Positions 12,512 to 26,300 of a DNA stretch of 64,000 nucleotides are shown here, in pieces. The notes under the pieces are model-generated. The model was not told where the DNA came from, made no database searches, and saw only the letters and a list, made by a program, of their open reading frames with translations. This stretch comes from Nageia nagi (taxonomy: Eukaryota > Plantae > Pinophyta), in NCBI GenBank assembly GCA_050084985.1, contig JBITNC010000001.1, positions 199,516,001 to 199,580,000 of the forward strand, read 5' to 3'. Position 1 is the stretch's first letter, and each line of letters begins with the position of its first letter. A program made the position numbers and the translations under genes.

Positions 12512-13524
12512 TAAAATTTTCAATTAATATAAATGGTGAGGTAGTTAACTTGGGTAGAGGTATTAGACAAGGGGATGCCTTCTCACCCTACCTATTTATT
12601 ACCATCGTAGAGGCATTAGGAAGAGTAATTAAATAAGACATAAGAGAAAGGGAGGTTGAAGGAGTAATACCAACAAGAGAATGTGAAGAAACAACTCATC
12701 ATCAATTTATTGATGATACTATATTTATTGGACAAGTAAATGAGGATGAAGCAAAAAAATTCAAACAAATATTTTCACTATTTGAAAGAGCTTCACAACA
12801 TAGGGTGAATATGTAGAAAAGATCTTTTAGCTCAATCCAATGGAATAAAAGAAAAGGAAACTAGCCAAACTAATTGGTTGCCAAATAGATGATCTACCAT
12901 TAAAATATTTGGGCATGCCTTTGTTCACAAGGATCATAAGAATAAAATATTGGGATAATTTAGTGGATAAGATTAGAAACAAACTCACAAGCCAGAAATG
13001 AAAAATATTAAGCTATACAGGAAAAGTAATTTTGATAAAGTATACATTGCAAAGCATGCTAATATATGCAAGAATGGTGTTTAAAATGCCAAACATAAAA
13101 AGTATGAAAATTGACCAAATATGTAAAATATTTCTATGGGATGGGGGTACAAAAAGAGAAAAGTTTACTTTCATCGCATGGAACAAAATATATGCAAAAA
13201 AAGAGAAGGGAGGATTAAGGAAACTTAAGCATATCAACCAAGCTTTAAGAGGAAAATTGGCCTAGAGGTTGGTAAATGAGGAAGGAAAAGAATGGATTGA
13301 AGCATGCAAATCTAAATATCTTCAAGGAAACCTTCCTTTCTTGGGAGTGTAAAATTCCCTATATGGATCCCCATTTTGGAATGGGCTAGTAAAAATTAGA
13401 TCCATCCTTACAAAATACATTAAATGGAAAATAGGAACATATGAAAATACATACTTTTGGGAAGATACTTAGGTTAGAGAAAAACCTATACTATCATACA
13501 AAACCCTTAGAGAGGGAATATTTG
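12512..13524 (+). pseudogene. L1 LINE ORF2, middle piece (RT core and downstream)
   Basis: RGIRQGDAFSPYLF, HHQFIDDT, LPLKYLGMPL, KEKGGLRKLKHINQAL, FWEDT motifs, with stops and frameshifts. Confidence 0.92.
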
Positions 13525-16500
13525 ATTCCTTTTTTGTGTCTTCAAAAATAAGAATGAAAACTAACATTAAGTTGCATCCTCCTACGTTGCCATGTGTCAT
13601 TTTAATGTTTTTTTGCATTTTTCACTTTTTTGATGCAAAAACCAACACAAAATTTGATGTAAATTTCAAAGAAAATTTTGACACAAATTTTGACGTAAAA
13701 TTTGCATCTCATTTCACTAAAAAAAATAAAACACATTTTACCTGTTCATCAATCGAACAATCGATGACTCACATTCACTTTTTCCTCCATCCGTACCAAA
13801 AGTGGTTACCCAATAACCAAGAACCTACAAGTTCCTAAATGAGATTTTCACCAAATAACAGTGAAAATGATAGTAAAAATGTATTCCAATCTCACAACAT
13901 AAGCAAAAAGAATTTGAATAGAACAAGATAGTAACAGAATCACTTTATTGAATAACCAAAATGAATTGCGAGCCACTTCATGGGGGCTACCTCCTTACAG
14001 CTCAAACAATACATTTTTCAAGATGATAACTATTCTATTCTCACACATATTTATAGTCTACCTACCTTAACCCTAATCAGTTGTTCAATACAAATTGGTG
14101 ATTCGAGTTACAAATATGTTGATTAGGCCTTACATTTAGAATAAGCTAATATTCTAATTAATTGACCACTATAATCTAATTAAATGTTAGGATATGGGAT
14201 CCTAACATGCCACCCCTATTAAGGAGAGCTTTGTCCTCAAAGCTAAAAATTATGAAATTGCTATTGAAGTGGATGAAGTGTCTCCCAAGTTGCATCCTCA
14301 GGAGTTAATCCACACCATTGGATAATAACTTTAGTAATAGTACAGTTACAAATATGGCATGTACATCGGTCTAGAATGGCCTCAGGTTTAACTATGATAG
14401 ATTCTTCCTTTGTGAATTTAGGTAATTCAATTTGAACTGTAACCTGAGAGCCTACGAATTGTTTAAGAAATGAGACATGAAAAATAGAATCAATCTTGGA
14501 TGATGCTAAGAGTACCAACTTATATGCTACAGGGCTAATACGTTGGAGTATTTTATAAGGTTCATAAAATTATGGAGCCAATTTTTGGGGACCTTTTAAT
14601 TTGAGAGATGTCTATCGTTATGGTTGGAGCTACAAGAATACCATGTCTACTTCTTAGGATTGACTTTTGACCTAGTATTGATCAACTTGTTATTTCATTC
14701 GATGTTGATCCACTTGAATATTTTTCCAAAGGATGCAAATTATGCTTTTTTGATTGGATAAGGTGATGTCTACTACTTGGACATTAGTGCTATCCAAAAT
14801 ATAAGATATGACTATGGGTAGGGTTTGGCCATACAAAGCTTCATAGGGGATTATATTGATATAAGTATGATATGAAGTATTATACCACCATTTTGCTAAG
14901 GGGAGCCATTTTACCCAATGAACCAATTGGGTTGAAGAAAAGAAATGCAAATATGTTTCTAATCATTTATTAACAATCTTTATTTGACCATCGATCTAGG
15001 GGTGATAAGAGGAACTTATATTAAGTTTAGTGCCTTGAAGTTTGAAAAATTCTTGCCAAAACTTACTAGTGAATGTTGAATCATGATCATTAACAATGGT
15101 AGAGGGCCTGCCATGGAGTTTGAAAATGTTGTCAAGAAAGAGTTGGAAAACATTGACAACCTTGTATGGATGTGCTGATGGTTAGAAGTGCACATATTTG
15201 GAGAGTTGATCCACAACTACTATGATAAAAACTTTTCCATATGATTTTGGGAGACCTTCAATAAAATCCATTGAAATATTATCCAAGTTTGCTCTAGTAT
15301 GGGTAGAGGATGAAGCAATCTAGGGGTTCCCATTGTCTCACCTTTCTATCATTGACAAACATTGCATTTAGATACAAAATTTTTTATTTCATGTTTCATA
15401 CCTAACCAATAAAAAGAGTAAACAACTCACCAATAGGTTTTCAAAAATAAAAAATGGCCAGCTATTGGTGCAACATGCAACTCTTGATGTATCAACTTAT
15501 GACATGAAGAGTTTGCAAGTAATGCAATATGACCTTTGAATCATAGAGTTCCCTCATGCCAAGAAAAAGGGGGTTTTCTCATCAAATCTATATACAACTA
15601 TTGAATCATTGAGTGGGTCAAACTATCTTAGTTCCATTCTTGTTAAAATTGGTTGAGCCATTAAGGAATTGGAATTGAAAGGGCTTGAAGTGTCACAGGA
15701 TCCTCGAATTTTTGAGAAAGAGCATCAACAACTACATTCTCGCTACCCTTCCTATACACAATATCATATTCATACCCCATAAGTTTAGGAATCCACTTTT
15801 GTTTTTTAGGGGTGGATATGTGTTGTTCTAGGAAGTATTTCAAACTATGGTGGTCAGTTTCAATGATAAAATGGTGGCCAATGAGGTAGGCTCTCCAATG
15901 TTGAATGACATGGATGATTGCAAGCATTTCATTTTCATAGGTGGATTTAGCTAAATTTCTACCTATGGAAGCCAATGGTGATCCTTATTACATCAACATG
16001 ACACCAATTCCAACCCCAAAGATATTACTCTCAATGATGAATGTCTTGGAGAAATCTGGCATGGCCAATAGTGGAGTAGAACACATGGAAACCTTTAGTT
16101 GATGAAATGATTATTCTATAGTTGTTGACCAATTGAAGGTATTATTCTTGAGAAAAGCTATGTTTGGGGCTAAAATATTTCCATAATCTTTCACAAACTT
16201 ATGGTAGTACCCTATCAATTCAAGGAAGCCTTGTAGGATTTTTAAAGATTAAGGAAGAGGCTAAGTTTGCATATCATCAATATTTAGTGGGTCCACTTTG
16301 ACACCTTCTAGTGAAATAATGTATCCAAGGTACTTAAGCTCTTATCGGCTAAAGGAACATTTAGATCACTTGGCATAAAACTAATTTTCATGGAGGAGTT
16401 GCAAAGTCTAGTCTAGTTGGTACAAGTGATCCTCCCAAGTTTTATTGTAGATCAAAATATCATCAAAGAAAACTAAAATAAATTTTTGAAGATAAGGGTG

Positions 16501-18628
16501 AAATACCTAGTTCATCAGACTTTGGAAGGTGGAAGGAGCATTTGTAAGGTTGAAAGGTATTGCTAAGAACTCATAATGACCTTTGTACATGTAGAAAGCA
16601 ATTTTGGGGATGTCCTCTTTGCGAAGCTAGATTTGATGGTACCTAGATCGAAGATCTAATTTGGAAAAATACTTGGCACCATGGAGTTCATCTAACAATT
16701 CATCAATGATTAGAATGCAAAACTTATCCTTGATGGTGATTTTGTTTAGAACTCAAAAATAAATGAACATCCACCATGATCCATATTTTTTACGAACCAA
16801 TACAACCAAAGAAGAGTAAGGACTCACACTTGGGGGAATGATACCAACTTCTAACATGTCTTTCACAAGCTTTTCTATTTTGTCCTTCTATAGGCATGGG
16901 TAGCAATAAGGCCGAATGTTGGGTGGTTGACTCCTAAGAATTAATTGAATATATTGCATGTTCATGAGGGAAATGGGGTGGTAACCAATGGGGTTCCTCA
17001 AAGATACCATTATGGTAGATAAGTACCCATTGTAATTCTTGTGCTTTTGGTGAGTCCTGCAAAGATAGCTGAATAGAGAATAGTTGTCCCACCATTCACT
17101 TACCTCCTTTATTCAATATTTTCTCCATGCGATGAGAACTAATAATTTTTGATTGCCTTGGCTTAGTTCCTTTTAGCATATATTTATTCTCATCAAATTT
17201 GATATGCATCTACAACTCATGAAAATACCAAAGAACAGGGTCTAATGTCATCAATCATTATATACTAAGGACCACATCACATCCAACCAATGGTAGAACA
17301 TACATGTTGCTTTGCATCTTGTAGTCACCCATATTGAGCTTGATATTGTGACACCATTCTTTACAAGCAATATTTCCTCCATTCCCTATCATCACCTCAA
17401 AATTATTCTATGGATAGATATAAGAGCGGTACTTTTTTACCATGTTAGGTCCATAAAATTATGAGTGCTTCCTAAGTCAAGCAATATTATCAACAATTTT
17501 CCCTTGAAATATACTTGAAATTTCATAGTCTATGGAGATGTATACCCATAGAGGGCATTACAAGAAATTTTAGGAATGAATTTAGTAGATTGGTCTGATT
17601 CCACTTCGATCTTTGCCACTGCATCCTCAAAAGCCTTTTCTAGTGGTTCCATAGAGGCATTTGCATCCAATACATATAGTTTTTAAGTGGAAAAATGATG
17701 GCCTGATGCAAATTTTTCATCTCAATTATAACAAAGCCCTTTTTTCATATGCTTCTCCATCTCAATAGGAGTCAATCTCTTAATTGATAGGGATGGTAGT
17801 GGTTTGTGACCACTTTAAGAGGTTTTTTTGTTTCCAAGTGATTTTTTTGATGTGTTCATGGTGTGCATTGAACTTATCCTCCACCAATTTGGCAAGTGCT
17901 ATTGCTTCTATCATGCCACTCCTTTTAAGGAGAGCTTTTTCCTCAATAGCTAAATACCCTACCCTATCTATATATATCAACAAACACTCCCTATAATCCT
18001 CACATTTAATAGAATTTTGCTAATTTTTTTCTTCTTTAGATTTTAGGTCTTGATTGTAGCTATGGCACCCAAGGAAGAGAAAAAGCCCACAACAAAAAAT
18101 TAGCTGCAAAGAAATCTCTTGTTGCAGAAAAGGAAACTCCTTTGAAGACCAACAAAGAAGCAGACAATAAGAAATGGAAAATAGAATTAAAAGCATCTAA
18201 TATTAGGAAAAATATATACAATAAATTGAAATTTTAAAAACCTAAACCACTAACCCCATTCCTAAACTAGTTTAATGGACCTATGTCATTGCTCTAAAGA
18301 CCTAATAAAAATGATGTACCTCGTAGAGGTTGTAACTTTTGATTTAGATATCATTTTGAGCCCAATGTTTTAAAAACACATAGATTTAAAAGATCAACAA
18401 TTATATAATATTTTCTTTTGAAAATCGATGCAAAATTTGATGCAAAATCTAAAGAAAATTATGAAAAGCAGACACAAATTCTAAAAGTTTGATGCAAAAA
18501 TTGATGCAAGTTCTAGAAATTCAACACAATTTGACCCAAAAATTTGACACAAAAAAGGATGCAAAAATTGTTGTGTCAATTGTGTCAAAATTTACATCAA
18601 TTTTTCATATTGAAGTTAAAAAAATACT
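13525..18628. mobile_element. Probable non-autonomous DNA transposon (hAT-like) inserted in LINE ORF2
   Basis: Flanking direct repeat atatttg(a/g) at 13518 and 18629; removal restores the LINE frame. Clusters of ~12-bp-spaced GA(C/T)(G/A)CAAAA motifs lie near both ends (13630-13700, 18425-18590). The right end reverse-complements to (T)AGTATTTTT; the left TIR is degenerate. Confidence 0.6.
13840..17949 (-). mobile_element. Ty3/gypsy chromovirus (Reina-like), degenerate, single (3') LTR, gag 5'-truncated
   Basis: LTR ~13840-14207, PPT aggggtggca. Chromodomain IIQWCGLTPEDATWE, INT (WVKWLPLAKWWYNT), RH (YENEMLAI, TDHHSLKY), RT (FFDDILIY), PR (LDLGSTHNF), gag end. Flanked by ctaaa direct repeats (13835-13839, 17950-17954). 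Confidence 0.88.
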
Positions 18629-19360
18629 ATATTTGGATGAAAAAGAGGATGAAAATTAGGGTTCTAAGGGGAAAAGGTATCAAACTACTACAACTATGAA
18701 TATGGAAGATGGTACCTAAACAATGAAAAAGAAAAACATATTGAAATGCAAGTGAAAATATTAAGAAAGGAACTTGAGAAATAAAGAAAAGGAGGGATCA
18801 AAGAAAAAGATAAACCAAGATGGATGGAATGGAGAATATAATGTAAGAGATATTGTGAGGTGGCTACAAAATCAAGGAATGGAGAAAAACCCATAATTTT
18901 GGAATAAAATTTGGGTGAATGGCTTGATTCCTAAAATAGCTTTCATCATGTGGCTTGCAACACATAATAAACTAGTTATAATTGATAACTTGCAAAGAAA
19001 AGGCTTCCAATGGTCAAATATATGCTCATTATGTAGACAATAAAAGGAAATTAAAGATCATATTTTCATAAATTGCATATATGCATAGGAAGTTTAGGGG
19101 GATGTGAGAAAACTTAATTATCAATGGCATTCACCTCAAATAATGAAGGAGGTAATCATTAGTTGGTAAAGAGTTACAAACATCAAACAATAAGGAATAG
19201 TTAGGATGTTGATCTTATCCCACATCCAATGGAAAATATGGAAAGAGAGAAACAAAAGGATCTGTGAGAACAAGGAGAGTGAAAAGAATTTTTTTAAGAT
19301 GGTTATGGTTAGGATAAGAGAAATCATTGCATCATGTATGAAGCATATGAAAGGGGCATA
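18629..19360 (+). pseudogene. L1 LINE ORF2 C-terminus with zf-RVT
   Basis: NKIWVNGLIPKIAFIMWLATHNKLVIIDNLQRKG..CSLC...E..DHIFINC and WKIWKERNKRI. Confidence 0.9.
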
Positions 19361-19754
19361 AAAATTAATAAAATTATTAAATGATCAAGACAATGAAAAA
19401 TCAAAGCAATAAAATGGGTCAAGTACTAAGGTTATTGTTTATATGTTTTAAATTAGTATTGAATGCAATGGAAATGATGAAAAATAATTATGGAGATTAG
19501 TGCCAATGAAAGGATCAAGGAGTATATGGTCAAATCAAATCAAAGTCATTGGAAAAAGTGGCTCAACATGCATGACATCAAGGATCCAAAGAGAATGTTC
19601 TAGAACCAGTAAATGCAATACACACTTTAATGAGTACACAAACATGCATGAAAATTGGAAATATAATGGGAAAAAAGGAAAAGGAAATGCATCTATAATG
19701 AACAAACTAAGTGAATAGAACTAGAAATTGAGAAGAGTAAACAAAGAAGAGACA

Positions 19755-20730
19755 ATGGAAGGGGATTTAGTGAAGATTGAGACATGCAATACATAATGAA
19801 TCAAGGGGAATAAAATAGTATGGAAAATAATTTATGGTAGAGGAATGAAATATTTCATGAATGAATACAAAGGACATGATTAATGGACTAGTGATGGAAT
19901 TTAATTTTAAGAAAATAATATAAGCCATTAGCATTCAAAATTAGGGGGAAGGAAATTAAAAAAGAAACCAAGCTCAATAAGTTAGAGTATATATTCAAGT
20001 TCAACAACCAAGAGAAGAACATCAAATTAGGCATTGGATTTGAGTGCAGAAGTCTATCCAAACCATGGGATGAAGTGGTTAGAGCATATATGAGGTATGT
20101 AACATTGGAAGGAAGACATAAGATAATTTGTGCATATCATTTTTGTTTGTTAAACCATTTTAGATTCAATGAAATAGAGGTTATCAATCTTCTATTTTTC
20201 ATCATGCATTCAATGGAATTATCTATGAAGAACTATAAGGAAAATGAAAATAGGATTCCCCTTCATCAAGGAGTAATAAACTAGTGTATGAATTAACTTT
20301 GAGAAAATAACCTAATAAGAATCCTAGGGTACAAATTGAAGATGGTGAAGAATACATACCTTTGGCAAAGATAATGAAAAAAGGAAAGGAGAAAGATAAA
20401 AAAGGAAAGAAACCAATTTATATTAGAGCCAAAAAAAAGAACTAAAACAAAGAAAATGTGGATGTATAAGAGGAAATATAATGAAAGACTAGCTCTAAAA
20501 AGGAAGGAAAGGAAACCAACACATCAAATGAATTAGGGCTAGAGGAAATCACACCAAGGACTTGGGGGGGAGGAAGGTAATAGAACCCACTATAGTGAAC
20601 AAAAATAACAACAAAAACAACAACAAATGATAGAGGAGAATGAACCAAAATAGTAGGAGCAAGAGAATGAACCAAAGAAATAAAAATAGCTAGTAGCAGC
20701 AAGGACAAAAGGATAAAAAGCTAAGGAATG
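19755..20730 (+). pseudogene. Degenerate extra ORF downstream of LINE ORF2 (retroelement accessory-ORF-like); end approximate
   Basis: ATG at 19755: MEGDLVKIE..W..GM..F..YKGHD. Later PWDEVVRAYMRYVTLEGRHKIICAYHFCLLNHFRF..INL..PLHQGVI, then a K/E-rich tail. Confidence 0.55.
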
Positions 20731-23387
20731 TCAACAAGGATAGATGCCCACTCCACAACAATAACCACCAATGGTAATTGAGCTATAAATGAAACAATTC
20801 AATAGATCACATAAGTGGTATAATAATTTTATGGGAGGTTGAGATGTTAGGCAAGTGATGTGCTATTTGTACACCTTATGAATTGATATGTAATTGCATA
20901 GTTATAATGTTAAGCCATGAGGGTCAGCATCAAAATGAAAAGGCTTAATTGGTTTTTTGTAAATGGTTGGTCCATGGTTGGATTAGTAGACATGTTTTGG
21001 GGTTTTAATATGAAATAAATGATAAGTTGGTATACAATTGGTAAGCATTCAATTGACCTTATTAAAATTAGTATCATACATTATTGTAAATTTTTAATTA
21101 CATTACAATTAGTTTTAAATATTCTTCATTATGGTTGGTGTCAAATTTGATTGTGGATAACCCCATTATAAAGCCAATTATGGAGGCAATTATTAGAGAA
21201 ATAGGTTTTGGTAAAAACAACCTCATCTTAGTTATTCATGATAGTTCTTTATTTGGGATAAAAACACATGAAACTTGGTCCCATAATGATGAAGTATACT
21301 CATGCAAGGGGATTAGAGAAATGATAAATGGAAGTATGTAATCTCCCATGAATGGTGAAGTGTAGTCCATTTAGTTGAATGGTATAATATATGAAAGAAT
21401 ATCATCAAGGGTATAACTAAAATTCATGTCTAGGGTGAAATATCAAGAGAGAGGATACATGGGGTTGATGATGCAATAACCTAGAAATTAAATGTAGTGA
21501 TCAAGAATTAGAGCACACCCATTTCCATGGTCAAGAATACACCAAATATAATGATGATGAGTAGTGGTCTAATAGTATGCTTATTTACAAATTGGAAAAT
21601 ATGAAAGTGAATCAATCAATTTAAACCAGAGAAAATACATTTTCTAATCAAAAGATCAAACTATATATATGTATATATATAATAATTCAACACACACATT
21701 AGTTAGCATGATAGAAAGCATCAGATCACTACTCTTTGAAAGGAAGGGGGCAAATATTTAAATATGGGAACCCCTTATACTTAAACATCAAGTTTAATGT
21801 AAGGTAATTGGAAAAATAGTGCACTCAATTTAGTTCAAGAATCTATGATTGCAAAACCAAGGCAATATATGTAAATAGACTTATCAATGTTTATAAAGAT
21901 GTAGAAAATACCTTATGTTATATCTATCGTACCCTATTTCTACCATGAATACTTTGTACTAAAGATTAAAAGGGTCCACTTCAAGAAGAATGATAAGAGT
22001 TTATTAGTTCTCATGATCTTATGATTTTTAATATCTAACACCATACATACACAAATATGTTAGTGGGGAAATTTAATCTCCAAGCCCTTGAGACCTTGGA
22101 GATGAGCCAATGGGATGAAACCCTATCTAAAGAGGCAATATAACCCCACTCATCCATAATCAAATGGATAGTAGAAAGATAAAACATGCCTATGCATAAG
22201 GATATGACATGGTATGCTAGAATTCCTGCTTTTTAGTTGATTTTATGATAAAATGATGTGCATGCTACATATCTATGCTAAAATGATAAATGTTGAATAT
22301 AAAAATACTAAATAAAATGATAAAATTGAATGATCTAAACTATAGTATGGATTTAGCCTAACATACAATTACATTCAAAGAGTAAAATGAAATATAATCT
22401 AAGAAAAAGATATGCATTATCTCCATAGCTCCAAATGCCTCCATGCACCTACAAAAAATCAAATGCCTACTGCAACTTTGTTAAAAATGGTTAAATATTG
22501 CTCATATGTTCATGGTGGTTTCCTTAGGATTCAAAATATAAAACATGTAATGCTATATGGTTTAGGGTTTCAAACTTGGATGAAGCTAACAATTGATCAA
22601 AGATTAATCTTAGATGATAATGGAGGTTAGAATTCCAAATTGGGCAAGAGAGATAAAAATGAAATGCTTTTGAATTTTAAACTTATCTTAAACCTAATCG
22701 ATTGGTCGATTGATTGATCATTAAGAAAATTAGGGTTCAGATATTGATTGACATGATGATTAACTAACCAATAGGTTGATTAGTAGGATGACTCATTTGA
22801 CTAATTTTACCATGTTTTGATTGATGTTTGATTGATACTTACCAAAGTATTCAACAAGGTGTTTTAATGTTATTGTTTGGCTAGGTTGACATGTGTGCTC
22901 AAGATATGCAATTTTAAGGTATCTATAGATGCCCCCTTTTGAGTTGAGTCTTGCAAGCATGCAAGGCTTGGCATAAAAATGAAAGATATCATGATTTGTT
23001 GATGAAATATAAAGATACAACTTTGATCAATGACATTTTGATGATGATCAATGATGTATGATAAATATTGAATGATATTTTGTTGATAAGGATGGTGGAT
23101 GGGTGTTGGCATGCAAACCTACCTTATGCCAAGAGATAAGTGCTAAAATTATCTCAAAATTATGGTCAATACTAAATGATCTAGTTTATGGAAACAAGCT
23201 ATTATGTTTGGCTTATGACATGTTATGCTCAATGATGTGATCATGTTAATTTGTCCTAAGTAATGGTATACAAAGTGATATTCCTATCCTTGCCTCATGT
23301 TAAATGAATCCCAAGGGGGAGGCAATTCTAAAAATATAATCTTTGCCCCATGTTAAGTGGATCACAAATATAACAATGCTAATGATT

Positions 23388-26300
23388 TGATCCAAAATTG
23401 GATCGTATATTTGCAACAAAATAAGTACTCCACATCGAAGGTCTCTTCATGATAATTTTGTTGGTTTGAATAGTGTGCAAAATTGAATCCCGATTTATGA
23501 TTTATGAAGGTTTGAAGTTTGATAATTTTGTATTTTTTTATTATTATTAAAATTTAAAAAATTAATAGTTAAAAAATAAAATAAATAAAAGATTAAAAAA
23601 AACCCAAAAAGTAGGGTGTTATTAAAAAAAAGGGGGTTTTAAAGGTGGTGTTGACTATTTCAAGAGAGAGTGACTGCCACATGTATGGTTTTTAGTGGAT
23701 TTGCCTATGTGGTATATTTTATTATTGAAGAGAGTATTTTTAGTGATAGGATATTATTTAGATGATGTTTGTTATTATTTTCCTACAAATAAGTATGGAA
23801 ATAATATTCGTATATTAGATATTTTAAAAATGGAGTGTTGTCATTTCTCTTAAAAATAGGAAGGGAGATAATACATGTTTGTGGGTACTATTTTAAAATT
23901 TTTAATATGGATAATTTAGTTGTTTCTTTTCCATTAAAAATAGGAGGGGAGGAATATTGGTTGTTAGAGCTATTTTAAAATTTGTAAGATAGCAAATTTT
24001 ATGTTTGGTAAAGTTGTTAGTGGTTATGATTAATTTGGTGGAGATTAGGTGGGGATAGGATAATTTCATGGCCTCAACCTAGATTATCTCTACATGGTGA
24101 CAAGTCAAATAAGTTGTAACAATAATATTTTTAGGCTAGCTTCCTTGAAATTATAAAAGGAAGACTAGTCAGTTGGATTTTTTTAATGAAATATTTTGCT
24201 AGTCTATGGGGAGTAAAAGGGGTGAAGAGACAAGAAAATTTTCTAAGTGTTGTAACAAGGTGATAGGCTAGAGAGGATTTAATACAACTGCACAAAAATA
24301 AGAGTGCTTTTTGGGTAATCTTTTTTGCAATGTATTAATTTGCTAGTACATGTAATATGCTTATGCACTTGGTTGTTTAATTCTTTTTTTTAACTTCGCA
24401 AGGCAATAAGCAAAATTTAAAACAAATCCATTTGAGACAAAATAATATTACATATCATATAGGTATTAAAGCATTTTTTTATTATGGAAATTTATTAAAT
24501 CTATCTTTGCAAGGCTTTGTTTGATTGCAATTGTGTTGCATGATTACTAGATCCCAAAGCAAAAGAGGTGAAGGAGAGATTGTTGAAGAGGATCCTGAGA
24601 TTGGCTTGAGAATTTGGTTATGAAAATAAAGAGAAGATATAATGGAAGAATTAAATCCAACTACTATGCAAGAAGATTTTTCAAAAAGACTCAAGATGAT
24701 CAAGGAGACATTGAGTAACTTGGTTGATACTATTATGAATTTGCAAAGGAATTAAGATGATGGATTTAAAGAAAAATAGAATACAATCAAAGAGAGTTCT
24801 CGAATCGAGAAAAGATTTCACTTGAATTTGGAGGTGAAGTTCAAGCTCAAATCCTTTGGAGGAGAGATGGATCTTGTGGGTTAAGAAATTGGAGGCCTAT
24901 TTTCAAGCACAAAAGATTGAAAGTGATGAGGATAAAATTGAAATAGCTGCATTAAAGTTAGAGGCATATGGTCTAGTTTGGTGGGAATCCTATTTTTATT
25001 TTGTCACAAATTTTGCCAAAATACTAGTGAAGAGATGGAGTGCATTCAAAGAATTGCTTCAAGATCAGTTCTAACCCCTTAGCCATAAACAAAAGCAAAC
25101 CATGGAGTGGTATCATTGTAGGTAATCAAGAGGACAAAGTGTTCAAGAGTACACCATTGAATTCAAGAAAAGAGCTATATTTATTGGTGAGTATTTGAAA
25201 TCTAATGAATGTTTATTGAACTACATTGGAGCCCTTCATAGCTATCTTCATCACACCATACTACTTTTCAAGCCTATGAATATGGATGAAGTATGTGTCT
25301 AAGCATAATGTTTGGAGGAACATGGAAGGTACAATTTAGAGGACTACCAATCCAAGTCTAAAGGAAAATATAAAATTATTACATCCTTTACAAAGGAGGA
25401 GAATAAGAAAAAGAAAGGACATTATTCTCATTGCAACAAAGATGGTCATGTTAAAGAAGGGTGTTGGAAGTTGTATCTCGATCGAGCACTTAAGTGGTTT
25501 GATCAAGGGAGAGATAAAGGAAAGATAATTGCTACAGTTTCAAAAGAACTTAAATAATTCCATGAGATCTAATATTCTTCTATTGTTGATGAGAAGTTGG
25601 CTTGTGTAGGATTAAAGCTTCCAAGTGTTGTGAATACCGAGGGAGTATCCATGTGCATGCAAAATAAAAAAAATGAGGCAAAAGCTACCAATCATGCAAT
25701 ATAAAAAAATAGAAATGCCATATCCATACCCTTTTGGAAACCATTTTTCATATGGAAATTTTTTTGGTTTTATGTCATGGTTCTTGTGGATGTTCAATGC
25801 AACAAATTCATGGAGTCCAAATTCGTAAGGAGCCATGATGGGGAACAAGGTTCCTCATCTTTACTATAGTCTCTAAGCTTTTGGGGACCAAAATCCCTCT
25901 TAGTGGGGAGGAATGATCCAAAATTGGATTTCATTGCAAAAATATAAGTACTCCACATTCAAGGTCTCTTCATGATGATTTTGTCAATTCGAACGACATG
26001 CAAAATTGACTCTTGATTTATGATTTATGAAGGTTTGAAGTTTGATAATTTTTGTATTTTATTATTATTAAAATTTTAAAAAATGTAATAATTCAAAAAT
26101 AAAAAAATAAAAGATTAAAAAAAAAGCCCAAAAAAGGGGTGGTATTAAAAAAAAGGGTTTTTAAAGGTGGTGTTGACTATTTCAAGAGAGAATGACCTTC
26201 ACATGTATGGTTTTTAGTGGATCTACCTATGTGATATATTTTATTGTTGAGGAGAATATTTTTAGTGATAGGATAATATTTAGATGATTTGTTATTATTT

